A stretch of 26,812 bases of DNA from an uncultured Gemmatimonadota bacterium (GTDB lineage Bacteria > Blakebacterota > Blakebacteria > Blakebacterales > Blakebacteraceae), in assembly GCA_964576115.1 (NCBI GenBank), contig CAZNUA010000002.1:147789-174600 (forward strand), read 5' to 3'. Below the pieces are notes generated by a model. That model saw only the letters and a program-made list of their open reading frames with translations, was not told the origin of the DNA and did no database searches. A program made the position numbers and the translations under genes. Each line of letters starts with the position of its first letter. Position 1 is the first letter of the stretch. Positions 9,424 through 17,522 of this stretch are shown piece by piece.

Positions 9424-10599
9424 TTATCTCCCCGCCAGGCGAACGAGATCGGCAACGGTTCGCTCCCAGCCGTAGCACGTCTCGGCCTCGGCCCGGCAGC
9501 GGCGGCCGAGCTGGTGCAGACCGGCCTCGCCCCGCTCGAGCAGTCCTGCGATTCGACCGGCCAGAGCGGTCGGTCCGATATCGGAGGCGACGAGTTCGGG
9601 ATCGACCGGGGCCAGCAGTTCGGGATTGGCTCCGACCGGCGTGGCGACGACCGGGGTGCCCGAAGCAAAGGCCTCGAGAGTCACCAGACCCAGACCCTCC
9701 AGCTCGCGGGTCGGCACTATGAAGAGATCGGCGGCGGCCAGGGCCCGCGGGATCAGGTCGTCGGGCAGATACCCCAGGAAACGGATGCTTTCTGTCAGCC
9801 CCAGTTCGGATGCCTGCTGTTCCAGTTCGTCCTGCAGGGGTCCTGTTCCGCCGATCAGCAGGGTTGCAGAGGGGTGTTGCGTCCGGACCGCCGGGAAAGC
9901 GGCGATGAGCAGATCCACACCCGTGCGGCGCACCAGCCGGCGCAGACTGAAGATGACCGGTCCTGTCTCCGGCCAGCCCAGTTCATGGCGGACTGCCCTG
10001 CGATCTTCAACCGGGCGGAAGCGCTCGAGATCGACACCCGGGGTGACCACGACCGGAGCCGGGATCCGGGGGTGATGGTAGCGGGATCGGTCGGCCATGA
10101 AGCGGCTGAAGACGGCGATGCGATCGAAGTGCGCCATGGCCCGGGCTTCAAGGCGGGCCCGTACCAGGCTTCCGGGATAGTAACGGCTGCGGGGTGGCTC
10201 GGAGGCCAACCGGTACTCCTCGGCCCAGGGACTGTGAAAGAAGTAGACGGCTGGAATACCGCCACGGCGGAGCAGGGGGCCGGCCACCAGGCCGGCGAAG
10301 GGCTGGTGAACGATGGCTGCCCCCGGGGGAGCGTCCTCCAGCAAGCGCCGGAGACGGCCGGCGGTCTCGCGCCGGGAACGCCGCAGCGCTTGGAGACCCA
10401 TTTCTCCCTCGAGCAGGAAGGAATGCACCTGCAGACCGTTCCAGTTACCTTCCCCGGGGAGGCTGTCGTTCAGACGACCTGTGATCCAGTGGACCTCATT
10501 GCCTGCTGCAGCGAGTCGTCGGCCGGTTTCGGTCAGCACCACAGTCATGCCGCCGAGCGGGGATGCGGCGGCCCGGTCGCTCAATAGAAGCCAGCGCAT
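9424..10599 (-). CDS. Glycosyltransferase, GT4 family
   Basis: 391 aa. Motifs LGGM, FHSPWAEEY, TPGVDLERF, RRLVRRTGVD, ELEGLGLVTLEAFASGTPVV; start overlaps the upstream stop. Confidence 0.88.
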   Translation of the reverse strand: MRWLLLSDRAAASPLGGMTVVLTETGRRLAAAGNEVHWITGRLNDSLPGEGNWNGLQVHSFLLEGEMGLQALRRSRRETAGRLRRLLEDAPPGAAIVHQPFAGLVAGPLLRRGGIPAVYFFHSPWAEEYRLASEPPRSRYYPGSLVRARLEARAMAHFDRIAVFSRFMADRSRYHHPRIPAPVVVTPGVDLERFRPVEDRRAVRHELGWPETGPVIFSLRRLVRRTGVDLLIAAFPAVRTQHPSATLLIGGTGPLQDELEQQASELGLTESIRFLGYLPDDLIPRALAAADLFIVPTRELEGLGLVTLEAFASGTPVVATPVGANPELLAPVDPELVASDIGPTALAGRIAGLLERGEAGLHQLGRRCRAEAETCYGWERTVADLVRLAGR

Positions 10600-11072
10600 C
10601 AGTCGGAAGCGGGCTTGATGGTGCGGGCGGGAACCCCGCCGACAACCATCCCGGCGGGCACATCTGCGTTGACCACCGCTCCTGCGGCCACGACCGCCCC
10701 GGCACCGATCGTGACTCCCGGGAGGATGATGGCCCCGGTACCCACGAAAGCATTATCACTGATGACGACCGGAGCGACGGTGTCGGTGACGTGATCATGG
10801 ACCACGATCGTGACCCGGAACGAGATGATGACGCCCGGACCGAGGGTGATGAGTTCGGGGTAGAGGTCGTCCAGGTAGCAGTCGGGGCCGATATACTCGG
10901 TACGGGGATCGAGCTGCATGTCCATCAGGCGGTAGCAGCGCAGGCGGAAGCCCTTGCCGGGAGCGAAGCGGGCCAGCAGGGCCAGGAACTTGCGTTTGGC
11001 GAACCGGAACCGGTGCCGGTAGGTTCCGATTCTGGCCTCGTACTCACGCCGCGGTTCGGGCGCCTGGCTCAT
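10599..11072 (-). CDS. Hexapeptide-repeat (left-handed beta-helix) O-acyl/acetyltransferase
   Basis: 157 aa; GAGGAGG RBS. C-terminal VVISDNAFVGTGAIILPGVTIGAGAVVAAGAVVNADVPAGMVVGGVPAR is the classic LbH acyltransferase tail. Confidence 0.88.
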   Translation of the reverse strand: MSQAPEPRREYEARIGTYRHRFRFAKRKFLALLARFAPGKGFRLRCYRLMDMQLDPRTEYIGPDCYLDDLYPELITLGPGVIISFRVTIVVHDHVTDTVAPVVISDNAFVGTGAIILPGVTIGAGAVVAAGAVVNADVPAGMVVGGVPARTIKPASD

Positions 11073-11085
11073 CGAGACATCCTCC

Positions 11086-12534
11086 TCACAGGCGCGGGCT
11101 CACCAGACCAAAGGATATGGATTCCTCTTCCTCGAGCGGCTCGGATCCCTCCTCAACTGCCCGGGCTCGTTCGGTGTTGATCATGTAGAGCAGGGTCATG
11201 ACACCGGTCATGAACCAGAACGGTTCCATGATCCGCACGATGATGAAGGTGTTGGATCCCAGAGCGTGCAGGAGGAGCCCGAACAATCCCGCCAGGTAAC
11301 CGATGCAGATGCCCCGTTCCTGCCAGTCAACACTGATTCGCAGGGCTTCCAGTGCCTGCCGGAAAAGAGCCATGACAAGCCAGAAGAACACCGCCAGCCC
11401 CACCAGGCCCATCTCAATCAGGATCTTCGGGTACTGCCCGTCAATGAAACCGTGGCCGGTCACCCCGAAGCCCAGGATCGGACTACGCGGGAAATCCCTG
11501 AGCACATCGCTGAACGACTGCAGCCGGGCGCTGGTGGAGGTGTCCAGGCGCACCGAACCGACCTCGATCTGTCCGGTCACCTCTCCCTGGCCGCCGAAGG
11601 TATACTCAACCCGCTCGACCACCTCCGGGGGGGCGACCAGAAGCAGGATCAACGCTGCGGCCACGACACTGAACACCGCGATGATCCGCTGGCGCGAGAA
11701 GAGCACCAGGGCGATAGCGACTCCGAGCAGACCCAGATACGAAGCCCTGCTCAGGGTATAGAGAAAGGGCACGCCCAGGACCGCCCCGGCCAGCAGGAAC
11801 TTCACGGACTGGCGCAGAGAGCCCGAAGTGATGATCAATCCCCCCAGCAGGGCGAGCAGGAAGAGCAGGTAACCGCCGAGGGTGTTGGGTTCGCCGGCCT
11901 CCCCCTCAAAGGGGGCGGTCACCCGTACTCCCAGCGGGATCTGGATGGCGGCGTAGATCGAGACCAGGATCCCGGTGATGAAGATGGCGATGACCAGCCG
12001 CCGGATCTGGGTCTTGGTCCGGATGAAGTTGACGGCTGCGAAGTAGACGAAGACGTACTCCACGAACTTGAGCACGAAGAAAAAGCCCACTACCGGGCGC
12101 ACGTGGTCGTAGAGCATGCCCACGGCGGTACTCACCGCCGCTGCGGTGAGATAAGCCGCGATCGGCCGGTTGAGGGGGGTGGAGAGGAAGAGCCCCAGTT
12201 CCTTGTGCACCGCCGTCCGAGCGAACCAGGTGAAGGCGATAATGGTCAGCAGGAAATCGTCGACCCGCAGGGTGACACCCCGCGAGGCGGTGGTGCCGCC
12301 GGTCAGGCTTCCGACGATCATCTCCGGTCCCAGGAGCATCGAGAAGATCAGAACGTATAGTCCGGCCTCGGGCCAGATGAAGGTGATGATTGCGATCACC
12401 ATTCCGATCACGATGGCCAGACCGATGATGCTCTCGGTGTTGCTGATGGCGCGGGCGGCGAAGAAGATCAGGGCGCCGGCCAGGAGCGCCAGGAAGATGC
12501 TGAGCGGACGGTCGGTGGTGTGCAGGCGGGCCAC
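11086..12534 (-). CDS. O-antigen ligase / Wzy polymerase family membrane protein
   Basis: 482 aa, about 12 hydrophobic segments, GTG start. Motifs GEPNTLGGYL, TLSRASYLG, periplasmic loop SARLQSF...PILGFG...ILIEMGLVG; directly downstream of wzc. Confidence 0.8.
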   Translation of the reverse strand: MARLHTTDRPLSIFLALLAGALIFFAARAISNTESIIGLAIVIGMVIAIITFIWPEAGLYVLIFSMLLGPEMIVGSLTGGTTASRGVTLRVDDFLLTIIAFTWFARTAVHKELGLFLSTPLNRPIAAYLTAAAVSTAVGMLYDHVRPVVGFFFVLKFVEYVFVYFAAVNFIRTKTQIRRLVIAIFITGILVSIYAAIQIPLGVRVTAPFEGEAGEPNTLGGYLLFLLALLGGLIITSGSLRQSVKFLLAGAVLGVPFLYTLSRASYLGLLGVAIALVLFSRQRIIAVFSVVAAALILLLVAPPEVVERVEYTFGGQGEVTGQIEVGSVRLDTSTSARLQSFSDVLRDFPRSPILGFGVTGHGFIDGQYPKILIEMGLVGLAVFFWLVMALFRQALEALRISVDWQERGICIGYLAGLFGLLLHALGSNTFIIVRIMEPFWFMTGVMTLLYMINTERARAVEEGSEPLEEEESISFGLVSPRL

Positions 12535-12538
12535 GGGT

Positions 12539-15500
12539 TCACGGGGTGGGCGGTGTCACCCGGCGCACCAGGGTGAGGGGGTACACTCCGTTCTCGGACA
12601 GGGTCTCGGCGGTGCGCGTGCACTCGGCTCGATCAGCGTACTGACCGATGTAGACCCGGTTCCACCGGCCCAGGTCGGGCACTTCCTCGAGTCGCGACCA
12701 CGCTGAGGCCGCCAGGGCGGGCTCGGCCGAGCGCAGCCGGTCGAGGAAAGCATGGGCTTCGGCGGTTGACTGGAACGAACCCACCAGGATGCTCCAGACA
12801 GCATCCGAGCCGGGCGCCTCTCCGGCCGCCTGGACCGGGGTCTGTTCCTGGCGCGGAGCCTGGACCGTGGGGAGATCGGCTCCGGCCGTGGCCGGACTCG
12901 TCGTCTGCGTGGCAGGAGGCAATGCGGCGGCGGTGGTTTCAGAACAGGTATCCAGCAGCAACGATGCGATGAGAACGATCACCGCCGCCCCCAGGGCGAT
13001 CCAACCCCAGAGGGGAATGGAGGCGAAGAGACCGGTCTTTTCGCCTACTTCTCCGGTTTCTCTAGCCACCTCCGGTTCGAAGGTGGAGTCAGGTTCGGCC
13101 GGGGCGGGCTCCTCGGGGGTTTCTGCGGAGTAGGGCAGAGCCGAAAGAGATTCCTCACCGGCTTCGCTCTTTTCCCCATTCCCGTAGTAATCGACGTCGA
13201 TCCAGGCCGGACCGGACTCGTCCCGGCCCTTGATCCGATGTGTCTCGGGTCGCTCTTCCAGGCGACGTTCTCCAAAGACCTCTTCCTTCTTGAACAGACC
13301 ACGCACCCGCTGCCTCAGGGACTTCTTTTCCCCCGCGCCCTCTCCGTAGTACTTGGTCATGTACTGGCTGTAGGGGGAGTAGCCGCTGATCTCGGCCCGT
13401 ACGTCGTTCATGGCTATGCCGAGCACGTGGGCACCAACGTTGGAGAGATGCAGTTTGGCCCGCCGCAGGGCGTTGCGGGCGACCTTGCCGACCTGATAGA
13501 TGAGCACCGCCCAGTCGACCTGGCGGCCGACGATGGCGGCGTCGGTCACAGGCAGGATCGGCGGGCAATCGACCAGGACGATGTCGTACTCCTCGCTGGC
13601 TTCCTCGATCATCTGGCCGAAGCGCTTGGAGTTGAGCAGCTCGGAGGGGTTGGGTGGTACGCCGCCGGATGTGATGATGTGCAGGTTGTCCAGCCCGGGC
13701 ATCGACATGATGTTCTGCAGGCTCAGGGGGCCGACCATCATGTCGGTTACGCCCTTGACGCATTCGCGCCATTCCTTCGAACCGGTCAGGATGTCGGTCA
13801 TGCCGGTGGCCAGCGGCAGGCCGAAAGACTTGTAGATCGTGGGCCGACGCATGTTGCAGCCCATCAGCAGAACCCGGTTGCCGGCCTGGGCGATGGTGAT
13901 GGCCAGGTTCACCAGGGTGGTGGTCTTGCCTTCCTGCAGGTCGGAGGAAGTGAAGACGAAGGTGTTCTTGACTTCCATGTCCTCACCCGCGCCGGCGGTG
14001 GCGAACTGCAGGTTGGTCCGCAGGGTTCGGTAGGCCTCGGCCGACGGGGACTTCGGATCGTACTGGGTGATCAGCCGGGCGTACATATGCAGGTTGGGAT
14101 CGTCTTTGAGCTGGGGATTCTGCTCGACCAGCCTCTCCTCCATCTTTTCGACCGCCAGGTGCGGGATGACGGCCAGAACCGGCACCTCGATATACTCCTC
14201 GACATCCTCGATCGTCCCGATCGAGGTATCCATCGACTCGGCTATGAAGGCCACCACGATCCCCAGCATGAGCCCGAGCAGCATGCCGATGATACCCTTT
14301 ATGCCCTGGCCGCTGGTGCCGCCGGTCGCTACGGCTACGAGGGGGTAATCGACAATCTCTACTTCTCCGCCTGCTCCTTCCTCTTCAAGTCGGACAGATG
14401 CTTCCTGGTACTGCAGTTCAACCTGCGTCAGGAGTTGAGTTTTGATCTCGAGCTGTCGCTGGAGATTGGCATAATTGACTTCACTCTGTGGAAAAGCCTG
14501 AAGTTCGTGATCAAGACTGTCCAGGCGAGTGCCGTACATCTGAATGTCCAGTTCAAGGCTGACGATCAGATCACGTCTGATCTCTTCGAGCTGAGTGTCA
14601 ATCTCCAGAACCCGGGTAGCCTGTTCGGTGTATGTCTGCAGGAGCAGGTTACGTTCCGTCTGCAGCTGAGAAATTCGTCGGAACGTCTCAGCGTAGGGAA
14701 TCAGGGCAGCCGTGTTCTGCAGACTGGAGGCACTGGAGGAGATGCCTCCCTGCTCGATACGAGACCTCTGGTCCCGCAGGGTGGTAATTCGGTCACGGAG
14801 GTCCAGTCGCCTGTTGATCAGCGGGTTGAGCGAAGCCGCATCCTGCGATGGAAGCGTGGGAGAAGTCTGACGGGCAACCCGCAGGTCTTCCTGAAGAGCT
14901 GCTATCTCGTCGTCGAGACTCTGTTTTCTTGTCTCAAGAAAGTTCTGTGTTGCCTCTGCCTGCCGAGTGGAGGTTAACCGATTGTATTCTTGGAACCCCT
15001 GGGCGGCAGCTTTCGCTGTCTTTATGGCACGATCTATCACATCTCCCGGATCAGTATTCGGATCACGCAGGGTTGCTGTAATACGTATCAGCCCGGATTG
15101 TTCGACCTGAGCGGCAGAGAGTATCCCTGATAAGGTACGGATCTGGCTGAGAGCGCGATCAGCCTCCTTCTTCCTCGTCGATTCCGCCGCTCCGGTATCC
15201 GCATCGGCCACTGCCTGATCAAGTTTCAGAGTGTCGGGAATTGATGGCTCTCCGCCTGCGGGGGGGATGTAGTCATCCAGCGTCTTGGCGATTTCAAGCA
15301 GTGAGGGCTGACTGGTGATAAGCCGGATCTGGGTGCCGAGATTATCAGTCGGGCTCCAGTAGAAGGTCTGCATGAGCAGACTGACCATATTGCTCTGCTG
15401 GCGGATGCGAATCGTGGCGCTGGCCTGGTAGGCAACATCATCATCACTGGAAAAGAACGTAATCCCCCCCAACCCCAGCGAAACGATGAAGATCACGATC

Positions 15501-15556
15501 CAGTGGCGGCGGAGGATACGGTAGTAGTCGCGCAGGTTCAGTTCGTAGCGGGGCAT
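12539..15556 (-). CDS. wzc: Wzc-like polysaccharide co-polymerase / BY-kinase with extra C-terminal TM and SPOR domain
   Basis: 1005 aa. Wzz-like N-terminus (ELNLRDYYRILRRH + TM), coiled-coil periplasmic region, second TM, SPSAEAYRTLRTNL, Walker A QEGKTT, PPNPSELL, Walker B VLVDCPP, Tyr cluster GYSPYSQYMTKYYG, then linker, TM and SPOR-like domain. Confidence 0.88.
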   Translation of the reverse strand: MPRYELNLRDYYRILRRHWIVIFIVSLGLGGITFFSSDDDVAYQASATIRIRQQSNMVSLLMQTFYWSPTDNLGTQIRLITSQPSLLEIAKTLDDYIPPAGGEPSIPDTLKLDQAVADADTGAAESTRKKEADRALSQIRTLSGILSAAQVEQSGLIRITATLRDPNTDPGDVIDRAIKTAKAAAQGFQEYNRLTSTRQAEATQNFLETRKQSLDDEIAALQEDLRVARQTSPTLPSQDAASLNPLINRRLDLRDRITTLRDQRSRIEQGGISSSASSLQNTAALIPYAETFRRISQLQTERNLLLQTYTEQATRVLEIDTQLEEIRRDLIVSLELDIQMYGTRLDSLDHELQAFPQSEVNYANLQRQLEIKTQLLTQVELQYQEASVRLEEEGAGGEVEIVDYPLVAVATGGTSGQGIKGIIGMLLGLMLGIVVAFIAESMDTSIGTIEDVEEYIEVPVLAVIPHLAVEKMEERLVEQNPQLKDDPNLHMYARLITQYDPKSPSAEAYRTLRTNLQFATAGAGEDMEVKNTFVFTSSDLQEGKTTTLVNLAITIAQAGNRVLLMGCNMRRPTIYKSFGLPLATGMTDILTGSKEWRECVKGVTDMMVGPLSLQNIMSMPGLDNLHIITSGGVPPNPSELLNSKRFGQMIEEASEEYDIVLVDCPPILPVTDAAIVGRQVDWAVLIYQVGKVARNALRRAKLHLSNVGAHVLGIAMNDVRAEISGYSPYSQYMTKYYGEGAGEKKSLRQRVRGLFKKEEVFGERRLEERPETHRIKGRDESGPAWIDVDYYGNGEKSEAGEESLSALPYSAETPEEPAPAEPDSTFEPEVARETGEVGEKTGLFASIPLWGWIALGAAVIVLIASLLLDTCSETTAAALPPATQTTSPATAGADLPTVQAPRQEQTPVQAAGEAPGSDAVWSILVGSFQSTAEAHAFLDRLRSAEPALAASAWSRLEEVPDLGRWNRVYIGQYADRAECTRTAETLSENGVYPLTLVRRVTPPTP

Positions 15557-15559
15557 CGT

Positions 15560-16642
15560 CTACCGGAACCTCTCAACCAGTATGGTCGCGACGACGGCGG
15601 TCTGCATGACCGACCAGACATCACGGAAAAATTCGATGGCGGTATCGTACCCGCTCCGACCCAGGTGAACGATATCACCCGCCGCGAGGTCGATGTTCCA
15701 GCTCACTTCTCCTTCCCGGAACACCCGGCTGTAGGGGATCGTGTAAAGTTCTGCCTCGGCTCCCCGGCCCCGTACCAGGGTGATGGTTTTCCGATTGGCA
15801 TTCTCGGTCGGTCCGCCGGCCTCGACGATGGCTTCCAGAACGGTCAGGCCGGGTCGGGCGGCCAGCAGGCTTGGACTCGCAACCTCACCGAGGACGAAAA
15901 TCCGGCGGCGGGTGATGTGGATTGACGGGACCAGGACCATATCACCAAGGTCGAGGACCGGATTCTGGTCCTGCTCACCGCGGTAGATGACGGCCGAGAG
16001 GTCGAAGATGCCCCGCCGGCCCTCACGGTCGGTGATCATGACCGATGTCAGATCGCTCTCATCGCTGAAGGCGGCATTGGTGAGGATGAAATCGAGCAGG
16101 GTCGTGCGGTTGGTCAGCGGGTAGAGACCCTCGCCCCGGCCGCCACCCAAGCCGCGAGTGGTGACCTCCCCCAGCAGGGTGGCGGTACTGCTTAGATGTT
16201 CACTCACCCGCAGGTTGAGCTGCGGATGGTGCAGAACCCTTTCGAGAGAGGTCGCCAGACGCTCTTCGGCCTGGGGCACGGCCAGGCCGGCGAGGCGGAT
16301 ATCCTCACCGGGCAGCAGGGTGGGCAGCCGGATATCGCCTGCGGGATCGATGATCAGGTTGGTAATGGTGGGTTCGTCCTCGAGATAGAGGGTCAGTTCG
16401 AGGACGTCGCCCGGTCCCAGGCGGTAGTGGGGTACACCGGCAATAGTCACGAAGGTGGTATTGGACTGCGGGTGAACCGGCCGCTGCCAGGTCGGTGTCA
16501 GGCCGCTGACGTCGGCGATCGGGATGACAGCATCCCCGGATGCCTGCAGATCGGCCAGTTGAGCCGGATCGACCCGGCCCGCACAGCCGACCAGGAGAGC
16601 TGTCAGGACCAGGATGCTGCCCATGCGGAGCGGTCGTGCCAT
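15560..16642 (-). CDS. wza: Wza-like polysaccharide export lipoprotein (Poly_export + SLBB domains)
   Basis: Start moved to ATG 16642 (GGGGAG RBS); 360 aa. Lipobox LLVG-C, YRLGPGDVLEL, LLGEV / VLGEV...LEAIVEAGG SLBB repeats, amphipathic C-terminal helix. Confidence 0.85.
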   Translation of the reverse strand: MARPLRMGSILVLTALLVGCAGRVDPAQLADLQASGDAVIPIADVSGLTPTWQRPVHPQSNTTFVTIAGVPHYRLGPGDVLELTLYLEDEPTITNLIIDPAGDIRLPTLLPGEDIRLAGLAVPQAEERLATSLERVLHHPQLNLRVSEHLSSTATLLGEVTTRGLGGGRGEGLYPLTNRTTLLDFILTNAAFSDESDLTSVMITDREGRRGIFDLSAVIYRGEQDQNPVLDLGDMVLVPSIHITRRRIFVLGEVASPSLLAARPGLTVLEAIVEAGGPTENANRKTITLVRGRGAEAELYTIPYSRVFREGEVSWNIDLAAGDIVHLGRSGYDTAIEFFRDVWSVMQTAVVATILVERFR

Positions 16643-16699
16643 GCCGTTCTGACTCCCCGGTAACCGGGATATGCCGCACACTTCGAGCGGCCACTCTCC

Positions 16700-16738
16700 T
16701 GCATGCATCATATTAGTGTAATTGCATGACAAGACAAA
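16700..16738 (-). promoter_or_regulatory. Candidate promoter/operator for the wza-wzc arm
   Basis: Isolated AT-rich patch 60-95 nt upstream of wza. Minus strand reads TTGTCT/TTGTCA...TAATAT/TATGAT, overlapped by the inverted repeat CATGCA-N15-TGCATG. Confidence 0.35.
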
Positions 16739-16775
16739 GGTTCGGGCCGGAAATCCCGGCCGGTCCGCTTCGCCG

Positions 16776-16824
16776 AAAAACCAGCCGGGGAACCAGGGAG
16801 ATCCACGGGTTGTTCCCGGCTGGT
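16776..16824 (-). terminator. Rho-independent terminator
   Basis: Minus strand: ACCAGCCGGGAAC...GTTCCCCGGCTGGT stem (one bulge) ending in a run of five T, about 35 nt after the stop at 16860. Confidence 0.7.
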
Positions 16825-16859
16825 GAACGTTCTGTCAGGATGATGGACGCACGTCCCGG

Positions 16860-17432
16860 TCAGCGTTCGTCGTTCCCGTCGTCGCGATCGCGCCGGCGGC
16901 GCGGTTCACGGCGGCGGATATCGATGATCCGGCCCTCGATCTCGCCTTCGATCCCCGGCAGGCCGTCGGCTTCAGGAGGATAGTAGACCGAGAAGAAGCC
17001 GAGCGATCCCTCGAATTCACCCCGGCCGTAGCCGCGACCGGAGAAGGTCTGGGTACCGTCGGCATAAATCCGTCCGGTCCAGCGTCCCTCCCACCAGCCG
17101 CCCTCCACGATGGTGTGCAGCTCGTAGGTGCCCCAGATACGGCCGGCGTTCTGACTGTTCAGATTGGCGTTGATGACGACCGTGTTGAATCCCGTGGCCC
17201 GTTCGTCATCGCACTGATCCCAGAGTTCCCTGATCTGACCGCGGATCTGCAGGACCCCCCGGCGGGTCTCGGTGTAGGTGCCGAAGTCGGGGACGGCGGT
17301 CACGAGCTGGGTTCCGCCGTAGCTGGTGATCCGGCTCTGCGACCACGGTCGCGGACCGTGGGAACCGGGAACCAGAAGAGCGCCGGCTACCATGGTGGTG
17401 ACCAGTGAGGTAGAAACGTTGCGCCAGTGCAT
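16860..17432 (-). CDS. Hypothetical exported beta-rich protein
   Basis: 190 aa; GGAG RBS. N-terminal hydrophobic stretch (LVTTMVAGALLV), Gly/Trp-rich beta-like core (GGWWEGRWTGR, GRGYGRGEFEG), charged tail; followed by a terminator. Confidence 0.65.
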   Translation of the reverse strand: MHWRNVSTSLVTTMVAGALLVPGSHGPRPWSQSRITSYGGTQLVTAVPDFGTYTETRRGVLQIRGQIRELWDQCDDERATGFNTVVINANLNSQNAGRIWGTYELHTIVEGGWWEGRWTGRIYADGTQTFSGRGYGRGEFEGSLGFFSVYYPPEADGLPGIEGEIEGRIIDIRRREPRRRRDRDDGNDER

Positions 17433-17522
17433 ATGGTCTACTCCATGGACGTGTTGTTGCGGGTCGTGAGGGCGTTCACAATATGCGACCCGATTCCGAC
17501 TGTGTAAAGCCCGGGAGACGGT

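Noticed and set aside
13238-14977. 579-aa plus-strand ORF, and similar long ORFs at 9121-10587, 11266-12360, 21265-22218, 22615-23511 and 25194-26528
   Set aside because: Each is antisense to a well-supported gene and has no recognisable motifs; such shadow ORFs are expected at high GC.
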